14,687 nt of DNA from Bdellovibrionia bacterium (lineage in GTDB: Bacteria > Bdellovibrionota > UBA1018), in the NCBI GenBank assembly GCA_049424145.1, contig JBMSSC010000068.1, positions 1-14,687 on the forward strand. The letters run 5' to 3'. Positions 1-7,394 of the stretch are shown piece after piece. Within the stretch, counting starts at the first letter, position 1, and every line of letters begins with the position of its first letter. The translations under genes and the position numbers were made by a program. The notes under the pieces were generated by a model. The model did not search any database and had not been told where the DNA came from. It saw nothing but the letters and a program-made list of their open reading frames with translations.

Positions 1-47
1 CACCACCACTATGAATCTTGGGGCCGCCCTGGCTCATAGTGGTGGTG
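1..47. repeat. Perfect 14-bp inverted repeat with 19-nt loop (fold-back junction)
   Basis: 1-14 CACCACCACTATGA is the exact reverse complement of 34-47 TCATAGTGGTGGTG. The left arm is cut by the window edge. Confidence 0.9.
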
Positions 48-106
48 GTTTTCCCCACGCCTCCTTTTTGATTGGCAATGGTGATGATCTTGGCTTCTTT
101 TTTCAT
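34..106 (-). CDS. parA: ParA/Soj-family ATPase, 5' end only (interrupted by a fold-back junction)
   Basis: Not in the ORF track. Minus-strand ATG at 106 follows an SD-like AGGAAGGGG and reads MKKEAKIITIANQKGGVGKTTTTM, the deviant Walker A motif KGGVGKTT. The expected continuation NLGAALA is on the opposite strand at 14-34. Confidence 0.85.
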
Positions 107-430
107 GTTTTCCCCTTCCTGGTCTCCTCGGTTGGGTTCCTCACAAGAGGCCAGTCCACACCGGAGTCGGCAGTTGCCAAGAACCCCTCTAAGGATCCCA
201 GGCCGAAATCCACTTTGACACTCTTTCCGTGAGTTGCAAAGAAGGACGAACCAAGGTTACCTGAATCTCCATCAGCAGTCAAAAACACAAAAAAGGAGCG
301 GCCGTTTTTAATCCGATTTTTGTTCTCATTTCAGTGCTTTTGTCATAGTTCTGCTAAGACTTGGGGGCCTCAGGAAAGAGGCGGCTTTTAAAAAATTGCG
401 ACAGTCAGATCTCGCTCTGGAAGTCGTTTT

Positions 431-850
431 ATGGGTATGAAAATGAATTTAGTTCCATTAATCCAAGCTTGGTACGAACGGAAAGTCATTGAAAGGACCT
501 TTTTAGGACAGTTCATTCGTAAGCTCAGGCGCTTTTATTTAGGCACCTTTCGACCACATTATATTGAACAAGCAATTGCAGAAACAAGGCAAGGGGAATG
601 CCACCGATGCGGTCTGTGCTGTGAGTTGATCTATAAGTGCCCCTTTTTAGGAAAAGATGCTCAAAACCTTCCCTATTGTCGTGTGTACGGGGATTTGAGG
701 CCTGCGAATTGTCGAAACTATCCGTTTGATCGAAAGGACGCAGAGATTGATCAGTGTGGGTATAGTTTTAAGCCTGAGCCGGGTGATTCTTCTCGCTCCC
801 CTCAATCGAGTCGCTCAGGGCAACTGAGCTCCTCGGCTGATCCATCGTGA
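431..850 (+). CDS. YkgJ/CxxCxxCC-type cysteine-cluster (Zn or Fe-S binding) protein
   Basis: CHRCGLCC...CPFL...CRVYGDLRPANCRNYPF matches the CxxCxxCC...CPFL...C.IY..RP..CR.YPF pattern. Start could be 431, 437 or 443. Ser-rich C-terminal tail. Confidence 0.8.
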   Translation: MGMKMNLVPLIQAWYERKVIERTFLGQFIRKLRRFYLGTFRPHYIEQAIAETRQGECHRCGLCCELIYKCPFLGKDAQNLPYCRVYGDLRPANCRNYPFDRKDAEIDQCGYSFKPEPGDSSRSPQSSRSGQLSSSADPS

Positions 851-856
851 TGACTT

Positions 857-1813
857 ATGGAAATCATTCGTGGCATTCATCTTCTTCATCAGCGTATTGC
901 TCACCCGGTGGTCACCATTGGGAATTTTGATGGTGTTCATTTAGGGCATCAAAAGATCATTCGGCTTGCCATGGAAAAGGCAAAAGAACGGGGTGGGAAA
1001 AGTATTGCCTACACGTTTAGGCCCCATCCCCAAGTGGCACTGAGACCTGCCACTCCGCTTCAGCTTTTGATGAGTTATGATGAAAAATGCGAGACCCTCA
1101 GGCAAATGGGGATCGATTTTTTGATTGAAGAACCTTTTAGTCGGGAATTCTCTTCAATTGATCCAGAGACTTTTTTTAATGAGGTCCTTTTACGTAAACT
1201 CAGCGTGGAGAGTATTGTTGTAGGCTATGATTTTGCTTTTGGTAAGGAGCGTCACGGCCATTTGGAGGCATTAGGGGCTTTTTGTCGGAAGTCTCGAGTT
1301 GAGCTGATTGTGGTGGAGCCTCAGAGGATTGAAGGGGAAGTGGCCTCCAGCTCTCAAATCCGTCAGCATCTTTTGGCAGGTGAGATTGAATCGGCCACTG
1401 CCCTGTTAGGGCGGTATTTTTTTTACAGTGGCGTGGTGGTCCGAGGAGATGGCCGAGGGAGGCAGCTGGGTTTTCCAACGGCTAATCTAAAAATTGAAGA
1501 AAAACTCACCCTTCCTCATGGAGTTTATGCCACTTGGACGATGGTTGAGGGGCGAAGCTACCCCAGTGTGACGAACGTCGGGGTCAGACCCACGTTTTCT
1601 CAGGGAGAGTCGGAACTTCCGGTCCTAGTTGAGACTCACCTCCTGGACACTCAGATGGATCTCTATGGCAACGCCCTTCAAGTCAGGTTCGTCTCCAAGC
1701 TCCGGGATGAAGTTCGATTTAAGAGCCAAGGCGATCTTCAGGCTCAAATTCAACTGGATTTACAACGCGCTAAGCTCCGGTTGACAAAATCTTCAGCAGG
1801 TTGCATTATTTAA
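857..1813 (+). CDS. ribF: Bifunctional riboflavin kinase / FAD synthetase
   Basis: TIGNFDGVHLGHQ, TFRPHP, VVGYDFAFGK, SSSQIR, GRGRQLGFPTAN, NVGVRPTF, VETHLLD, DLYG and LRDEVRF motifs; 318 aa. Confidence 0.97.
   Translation: MEIIRGIHLLHQRIAHPVVTIGNFDGVHLGHQKIIRLAMEKAKERGGKSIAYTFRPHPQVALRPATPLQLLMSYDEKCETLRQMGIDFLIEEPFSREFSSIDPETFFNEVLLRKLSVESIVVGYDFAFGKERHGHLEALGAFCRKSRVELIVVEPQRIEGEVASSSQIRQHLLAGEIESATALLGRYFFYSGVVVRGDGRGRQLGFPTANLKIEEKLTLPHGVYATWTMVEGRSYPSVTNVGVRPTFSQGESELPVLVETHLLDTQMDLYGNALQVRFVSKLRDEVRFKSQGDLQAQIQLDLQRAKLRLTKSSAGCII
1781..1809 (+). promoter_or_regulatory. Putative sigma70 promoter for pilB-pilT-pilC
   Basis: TTGACA (1781-1786), 17-nt spacer, CATTAT (1804-1809), inside the ribF 3' end. 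Strong SD GGGGAGGT precedes the pilB GTG at 1864. Confidence 0.4.
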
Positions 1814-1863
1814 AATAGATATAAAAAACAACCATTCATTCCCCAAGGATAGGGGGAGGTTCA

Positions 1864-3579
1864 GTGTCAAAGCAATTGGCTGAAGTGTTGGTGAAAGATA
1901 AGGTGCTCACGCCTGAGCAGATGGCCAAAGCCACGGCAGCAGTCGGCGATGGAAAAAATGGAAATGAATACATTAAGTTTTTCATTGATAACAAGTTTGT
2001 TTCCGAAACAAAGCTCCTATTCTATCTCAGCCAAAAATTTGGACTCCCCAACGTCAATCTTCTGAAGTTTGAAATTCCTGCGGACGTCATTAAGATCATT
2101 TCTGGAGAACTCGCTCGAAAGTTCCAAGTCATCCCTCTTCAAGTGAATAAAGGCACCCTGGTGGTGGCCATGTGGGATCCCACTCAGTTGGCGGGCCTTG
2201 ATCACATCCGGCTGCTTTCAAAAATGAGTGTGGAGGTCGTGTTGACTTCCTTCTCCGCTTTTGAAACCACGCTATCGAAGCACTATGCTTATAGTGCAGT
2301 GGGAAGCGCAATTGAGTCGTTTAAAAAAGAGTCGAGCCCCGCAGGGCAAGAGGGGGGGGGCGGCTTAATCGAGCTGGTTCAAGTGCATGACATTGGTGGC
2401 GACTCCGCTGAGCAGGATGCTCCAGTGATTCAACTCGTCAATGGCATTTTATCTGAAGGCATTAAGCGGATGGCCAGTGATATTCATGTGGAGCCTTATG
2501 AAAAACGCTTTCGGGTGAGAATGCGCGTAGATGGAGTGCTGGTTGAAATCACGGAAATCCCAGCCCAGATGAAGCGAGCGGTGATTGCTCGGTTTAAGAT
2601 CATGTCTCGTATGGATATTGCTGAAACCCGAGTTCCACAGGATGGTCGAATTAAGTTGAAGTTAGGGGGCATGGAAGTGGATTTTCGGGTGAACTCAATG
2701 CCCACGCTTTTTGGTGAAAAAGTCGTGCTTCGAATGTTGAGTAAAGGCAACTTACAGCTGGATCTGATGAAGTTGGGCTTTGAGCCAAAGCAGCTTGAGG
2801 TTTTTAAGAAAGGGATTAGCTCTCCAAATGGACTAGTTTTAGTGACAGGCCCCACGGGAAGCGGAAAAACCACGACGCTTTACTCAGCGTTGGCGGAACT
2901 CAATCAAGTCTCGGACAACCTCTCTACTGCCGAAGATCCGGTGGAGTATAATTTAGAGGGCATTAACCAGGTTCAAGTGCAAAAGGAAATTGGGCTCACC
3001 TTCGCCAGTGTCCTCAGAGCTCTTTTGCGGCAAGACCCGGATACGATTCTGGTCGGTGAGATCCGAGATTATGAAACAGCAGAGGGGGCAGTTCAAGCGG
3101 CACTCACCGGTCACTTGGTTCTCTCCACTCTGCACACCAACGATGCTCCGAGCACCATCACGCGACTCATGAACATGGGACTTGAGCCGTTCTTAGTGGT
3201 CGCATCCTTAAATACGGTCGTCGGGCAGAGACTCTTACGTGTCATTTGCGCAGCCTGCAAACAGGAGGAGAAAATTCCTCCTCATGAGCTCATAAAAGTA
3301 GGATTCACCGAGGCTGAAATTCAGACACAAAAGTTTTTTAAAAGCAAGGGATGTCAAAAATGTAATGGCACAGGCTACAAAGGGCGGGTGGCCATCTATG
3401 AAGTTTTGGATTTTAGTCCGGCCCTAAAAGAAATGGTGCTTCGAGGGGAGACCCTCATTGAGCTTAAAAAACAAGCAGTCAAAGAAGGCATGAAAACCCT
3501 ACGGATGTCAGCTCTGACCAAAGTAAAAGAAGGTCGGACGACTCTTGAGGAAGCCCTATCTCTGACGATGGAGAGCTAA
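1864..3579 (+). CDS. pilB: Type IVa pilus extension ATPase PilB
   Basis: ASDIHVEP, MDIAETRVPQDGR, Walker A GPTGSGKTT, TAEDPVE, LRQDPDTILVGEIRD, TGHLVLSTLHTN, tetracysteine Zn motif CAAC...CQKC, GYKGRVAIYE; GTG start with SD. Confidence 0.97.
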   Translation: MSKQLAEVLVKDKVLTPEQMAKATAAVGDGKNGNEYIKFFIDNKFVSETKLLFYLSQKFGLPNVNLLKFEIPADVIKIISGELARKFQVIPLQVNKGTLVVAMWDPTQLAGLDHIRLLSKMSVEVVLTSFSAFETTLSKHYAYSAVGSAIESFKKESSPAGQEGGGGLIELVQVHDIGGDSAEQDAPVIQLVNGILSEGIKRMASDIHVEPYEKRFRVRMRVDGVLVEITEIPAQMKRAVIARFKIMSRMDIAETRVPQDGRIKLKLGGMEVDFRVNSMPTLFGEKVVLRMLSKGNLQLDLMKLGFEPKQLEVFKKGISSPNGLVLVTGPTGSGKTTTLYSALAELNQVSDNLSTAEDPVEYNLEGINQVQVQKEIGLTFASVLRALLRQDPDTILVGEIRDYETAEGAVQAALTGHLVLSTLHTNDAPSTITRLMNMGLEPFLVVASLNTVVGQRLLRVICAACKQEEKIPPHELIKVGFTEAEIQTQKFFKSKGCQKCNGTGYKGRVAIYEVLDFSPALKEMVLRGETLIELKKQAVKEGMKTLRMSALTKVKEGRTTLEEALSLTMES

Positions 3580-3583
3580 GAAG

Positions 3584-4657
3584 ATGGCAAAAATTGGACT
3601 ACCTGCACTATTGAAGACCATGGTTGATCAAGATGCCTCTGACTTACATATTACCGTTGGGGTCCCGCCTGAGTTTCGGATTCAGGGTAAAATCGTTAAG
3701 GTGAAAATGGAGCCTTTGACCCCTCAGGATACAAAAGAGCTCTGTTACTCCATCATCACGGAGGCCCAGAAAGCCGAATTTGAAAAGAACCTAGATATCG
3801 ATTTTTCTTTTGGAATTAAGGATGTCGCGCGTTTTAGAGGCAATCTTTTTTACCAACGGGGGGGCGTCGGAGGGGTCTTTAGAAAAATTCCCCTTCATAT
3901 ACCCGACTTTGATCAAATGAAGTTGCCTCCCATCTTACGGAAGGTGCTGAAGAGACCCAATGGACTGATCTTAGTCACAGGACCCACCGGCAGCGGAAAA
4001 AGTACCACTCTTGCGGCGATGCTCGATGTCTTGAATCGAGAGGAGTACGGGCACCTAATGACGGTGGAAGATCCCATTGAGTTTGTCCATCCCCATAAAA
4101 ACTGCATTGTCAATCAGCGGGAAGTGGGTGTTGATACGAAGTCATTTGGCAGTGCGCTAAAAAGAATTTTACGGCAAGACCCAGATTTTATCCTCGTCGG
4201 GGAGTTAAGAGATGCTGAGACCATTGAGATGGCTCTCACGATTGCTGAAACTGGGCACTTGGCTTTCGGGACCCTTCATACCAATAGTGCGGTTCAGTCG
4301 ATTAATCGAATTATCAATGTGTTTCCTCCCCACCAGCAAACTCAAGTTAGGCAAGTCTTATCCTTTTCTCTGGTCTGTATTGTCTCTCAACAGTTGATCC
4401 CCAAAAGCAATCAACCGGGACGCGCGTTAGCCACCGAAGTTTTAATTCCCACGGTGGGGATTCGAAATCTCATTCGAGAGGATAAGTTTCATCAGATCTA
4501 TTCGGCCATGCAAGCAGGTCAAGATGAATCCGGGATGCAGACGATGAATCAGTCGCTCTTGGGATTAGTCAAATCCGGAGCCTTAACGAAGCAAGATGCG
4601 ATGGAATATAGCTTTATGCCCGATGAGCTTTCCAAGATGCTCATGGCCGTCAAGTAG
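3584..4657 (+). CDS. pilT: Type IV pilus retraction ATPase PilT
   Basis: ASDLHITVG, GPTGSGKSTT, EDPIEF, QREVGVDT, LRQDPDFILVGELRD, AETGHLAFGTLHT, AIRNLIRE-like GIRNLIRE, GMQTM; 357 aa. Confidence 0.97.
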   Translation: MAKIGLPALLKTMVDQDASDLHITVGVPPEFRIQGKIVKVKMEPLTPQDTKELCYSIITEAQKAEFEKNLDIDFSFGIKDVARFRGNLFYQRGGVGGVFRKIPLHIPDFDQMKLPPILRKVLKRPNGLILVTGPTGSGKSTTLAAMLDVLNREEYGHLMTVEDPIEFVHPHKNCIVNQREVGVDTKSFGSALKRILRQDPDFILVGELRDAETIEMALTIAETGHLAFGTLHTNSAVQSINRIINVFPPHQQTQVRQVLSFSLVCIVSQQLIPKSNQPGRALATEVLIPTVGIRNLIREDKFHQIYSAMQAGQDESGMQTMNQSLLGLVKSGALTKQDAMEYSFMPDELSKMLMAVK

Positions 4658-4682
4658 GTGACGATGAGTTTGGGGTGCGATA

Positions 4683-5912
4683 ATGCCAGCGTTTAAATAT
4701 TCGGCAATTGATAAGAGTGGAAAGTTGGTGAAAGGTAGCCTTGAAGTTGAAGACGAGACTGCTCTTCGCATGACTCTTCGCGCTCAGGGGCTCAGGCCTA
4801 GGCGATTAACCTTCGCAAAAAAAGAGGGGGCTTTAGACCTGGGCTTCCTGAGTAGTGCTCAGCGTCAAGTGAAAGCTGTGCCTATTTCCGTGTTAGTGGG
4901 GTTCACCCGTCAGCTACAGGTTTTAGTGAGCTCGGGGGTTCCGTTGGTGCAGGCACTGGAAATCCTCCTCGATCAGCATTCGGACTCGAGCTTGAAGCAG
5001 GTGATTTCTGAAGTCAAGGATCAGGTCTCTAAGGGTTCGTACCTGTGGGAGTCGCTTGCGGCCTATCCGATGGTTTTTCCCAGAATGTATATTGCCTTGA
5101 TTAAAGCAGGAGAGGCATCGGGGTCCCTCGATACCATGCTCAAACGACTCTCTCGCTACCTAGAGGACGCCGACCGAATCGCGAAGATGGTGAAGAGCGC
5201 GATGATTTATCCAATTGGTGTGATGTCAGTGGGTGCCATTGTGGTTGGACTCATGTTGGTTTTTGTCATCCCAAAATTTGAGGAAATGCTAAAGTCCAGC
5301 AATCAGGAGCTTCCGGCACCCACTCAGTTTGTGATCCAGGCGTCTCATTTTATGGGAGATCACCTGCTGGCCATTGTGGGTACGATTGCAGCGGTGATTT
5401 ATATTGTGCGTAGGTATGTGAAGACGAATGAAGGAAGGTATTTTAAAGATCAAATTTTGTTTAGGACGCCTTTATTTGGATCTCTCCTCCAAAAAGGAGG
5501 GGTCGCACGGTTTGCTCGTACCCTTCAAACTTTATTGGCCTCAGGCGTGAATATTATCGATGCGATTGAGATTTGTAAGAACACGATTGATAATGCGGTT
5601 TTAGAAGATGCGGTAGGCAAGATTCGGGTGGAGATTGAATCGGGAAAAACCTTGGGCATGGTGATCTCTCAGCTTACTGTTTTTCCAAAAATCGCAGTTC
5701 AGATGATCTCCGTCGGTGAATCGACGGGAAATTTAGATAAGATGTTGGAGAAGCTTGCCGATTTTTATGAAGCAGAAGTCGAGATCCTTGTTGGAGGATT
5801 GTCCAAAGTGGTAGAGCCCCTGATTTTAGTGATGTTAGGGGGGCTCGTCGGTGGGATGATGATTGCAATGTATCTGCCTGTTTTCAAGCTGGCAGGGGGA
5901 ATTGGAGAGTGA
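4683..5912 (+). CDS. pilC: Type IV pilus inner-membrane platform protein PilC (T2SS F family)
   Basis: FTRQL..LVSSGVPLVQAL, AGEASGSLD..L.RL, SAMIYP, VIPKF, VGESTGNLD.ML.KLADFYE, VEP, AMYLPVF; three TM segments; 409 aa. Confidence 0.97.
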   Translation: MPAFKYSAIDKSGKLVKGSLEVEDETALRMTLRAQGLRPRRLTFAKKEGALDLGFLSSAQRQVKAVPISVLVGFTRQLQVLVSSGVPLVQALEILLDQHSDSSLKQVISEVKDQVSKGSYLWESLAAYPMVFPRMYIALIKAGEASGSLDTMLKRLSRYLEDADRIAKMVKSAMIYPIGVMSVGAIVVGLMLVFVIPKFEEMLKSSNQELPAPTQFVIQASHFMGDHLLAIVGTIAAVIYIVRRYVKTNEGRYFKDQILFRTPLFGSLLQKGGVARFARTLQTLLASGVNIIDAIEICKNTIDNAVLEDAVGKIRVEIESGKTLGMVISQLTVFPKIAVQMISVGESTGNLDKMLEKLADFYEAEVEILVGGLSKVVEPLILVMLGGLVGGMMIAMYLPVFKLAGGIGE

Positions 5913-6326
5913 CGAACGCTTGAGTATGAATGTTCAAGCTTCTGGACCCTTTGCAGTTGACTACCGGAACTCCCCTCAAAAACGGGTAGAAGTCACCTTC
6001 AGTGAATCATGGACTGCCGTCGTCTTCGCGGAGGCTAAATTTTTGATTCCATACTTCTTTTTCACGGCTCTGTTCGCAAATGATGAGTTCCCTCAGCCCA
6101 GGCTAAACGCATCTCGCTTTGCATGAGCCGTTAGTCAGGTTGGTTTACTCCGGCATTATGAACCTTGACACCACGGGTGGATGAAGATCGAATTCTCACA
6201 GCCAAAGAACGGAATGAGCAACATTAAAGTAGGGGATTTTTTTAAAAAAAAGATCCTTAGTGAGAAGAAAGCGGAGTGATCGATCAGTTGGGGCCGTTTC
6301 CAAGCAGTGAACTGTTTGGTCTCGAG

Positions 6327-6370
6327 AAAAAGCAGTGACCTGGAGGGCGGAACCCTCCGGATCACTGCTT
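6327..6370 (-). terminator. Intrinsic terminator of pilA
   Basis: Minus strand reads AAGCAGTGATCCGGAGGG-TTCCG-CCCTCCAGGTCACTGCTT: an 18-bp stem with one mismatch and one G-U pair, ending in a T5 tract, about 100 nt past the pilA stop. Confidence 0.7.
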
Positions 6371-6472
6371 CCGATCGTTCGATCATTTGAGCTTAGGATA
6401 TTGAGAAATGAGCCTAGCTGGATGGGGTTACGTCATCGGGATTTTCCCATCCCTGAATCCGTTAGACTCGAA

Positions 6473-7060
6473 TCATTTCTTTACGCCATTTTGGGTGTTG
6501 ACTGGAGTGCCGCCTTCCTTGACGTACCATTTGTCTGCAGTTGTCCCCGAAATATACCCTGCTGCTTCAGCCGAGAACGCCTGCTGCTCTATGGTTGTGG
6601 TGATGTCCGCCTTGGCTGTTGCAGCTTTTCCGGCTCCTACGTTGGCCACGAAGTACGCCTCACCGTCGTTCGCCGCACAGCTATCAATAGGATCTTTACT
6701 GGAGGACCCGTAAATATTGATACAAGAAGAACCCATATCTCTGCCGCATTTTTTGCCGTCGGCATTCGTAAAACCGATGGTGTAGTAGCGATTGACCCCT
6801 TGAGAGGTATACCCTAGTTTTTGAATACACATGGAGTAAGTTTGAGCATCGGAAAAGTAAGCCATTTCGATAGCTCCGATATTTCCCAATCCTGCTTTGG
6901 CTTCAGATTGTCGAGCACGGGCTTGAAATTGTTGATAATTGGGGATTGCTACAGAGGCTAGGATTCCGATGATCGCCACCACTACCATTAATTCGACGAG
7001 TGTGAATCCGTTTTTAAGATTTTTAAGAGATGATATCCGAGGTAATTTTTTAGTTTTCAT
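6473..7060 (-). CDS. pilA: Major type IVa pilin PilA
   Basis: 18-aa basic leader, then [23 protein letters not shown] (F1 at 7006-7004, E5, P22) and ARQSEAK. Four Cys in the globular head; 177-aa mature protein. SD AAGGA 8 nt upstream of the ATG. Confidence 0.95.
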   Translation of the reverse strand: MKTKKLPRISSLKNLKNGFTLVELMVVVAIIGILASVAIPNYQQFQARARQSEAKAGLGNIGAIEMAYFSDAQTYSMCIQKLGYTSQGVNRYYTIGFTNADGKKCGRDMGSSCINIYGSSSKDPIDSCAANDGEAYFVANVGAGKAATAKADITTTIEQQAFSAEAAGYISGTTADKWYVKEGGTPVNTQNGVKK

Positions 7061-7188
7061 CTTCGTGTTCCTTTTGGGTTCTAGCCCAAGTCTCCTTCCC
7101 GGTCTAAATCTAGCCCTAGATCCGTGGAAAATTTTCTCAAGTCATGATCGAGCTTACATTTTTATTGAGTCTAATATATTTAATTTAA

Positions 7189-7216
7189 AGTTTATAGAAA
7201 ATAATAAATATGTCAA
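7189..7216 (-). promoter_or_regulatory. Putative sigma70 promoter of pilA
   Basis: Minus strand TTGACA (7216-7211), 16-nt AT-rich spacer, TAAACT (7194-7189). Predicted start near 7182 gives a 5' UTR of about 120 nt. Confidence 0.6.
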
Positions 7217-7394
7217 ACGCTATCTCAATAGTTCAGTGGCAAAGCTACTGAAAATAGTTTTTATCTCTGATTTTATTGATTTTTTTTGATTTTAAGTGAA
7301 TTCTTAATTGAGTAAAAATTTTTTACGAGAGGAAAGAGTCATTTATTAGCTCTCACTGAGGGCCTAAGAGGTCATCAGATGAAAGTGAGTCGAT

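Noticed and set aside
11..288. ORFs 11..232 (+) and 103..288 (-)
   Set aside because: The first is created by the parA fold-back and is mostly antisense to parA. The second has no recognisable motif and overlaps the parA RBS region.
6165..6193. TTGACA at 6165 (and at 215) as promoters
   Set aside because: No acceptable -10 box at 16-18 nt spacing.
7090..7160. c-di-GMP-I/GEMM riboswitch near pilA (GGTCTAA seen)
   Set aside because: The motif is on the strand opposite pilA, and the P1 GAAA tetraloop/GCAAA elements and matching 3' P2 strand are missing.
7237..7252. Sigma54 -24/-12 promoter (TGGCAAAGCTACTGAA)
   Set aside because: It has GG-N10-GA rather than GG-N10-GC and faces pilG, not pilA. 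It is at most a relic.
6156..7289. ORFs 6156..6386, 6335..6817, 6408..6713 and 6939..7289
   Set aside because: These are shadow ORFs antisense to pilA or running across its terminator or promoter, with no domain signal.
6255..7361. Recombinase-driven invertible pilA switch (phase variation)
   Set aside because: Only short or imperfect inverted matches flank pilA (CCTTAGTGAGA 6255-6265 vs 7351-7361, 10/11; TTAGACTC 6462-6469 vs 7167-7174). These are compatible with chance, and no recombinase gene is in the window. Read mapping would settle it.
7352..7389. Hammerhead-like CTGA...GAAA inside a CTCACT/AGTGAG stem
   Set aside because: The core reads CTGAGGG rather than CTGANGA, and no third stem or cleavage triplet is evident.
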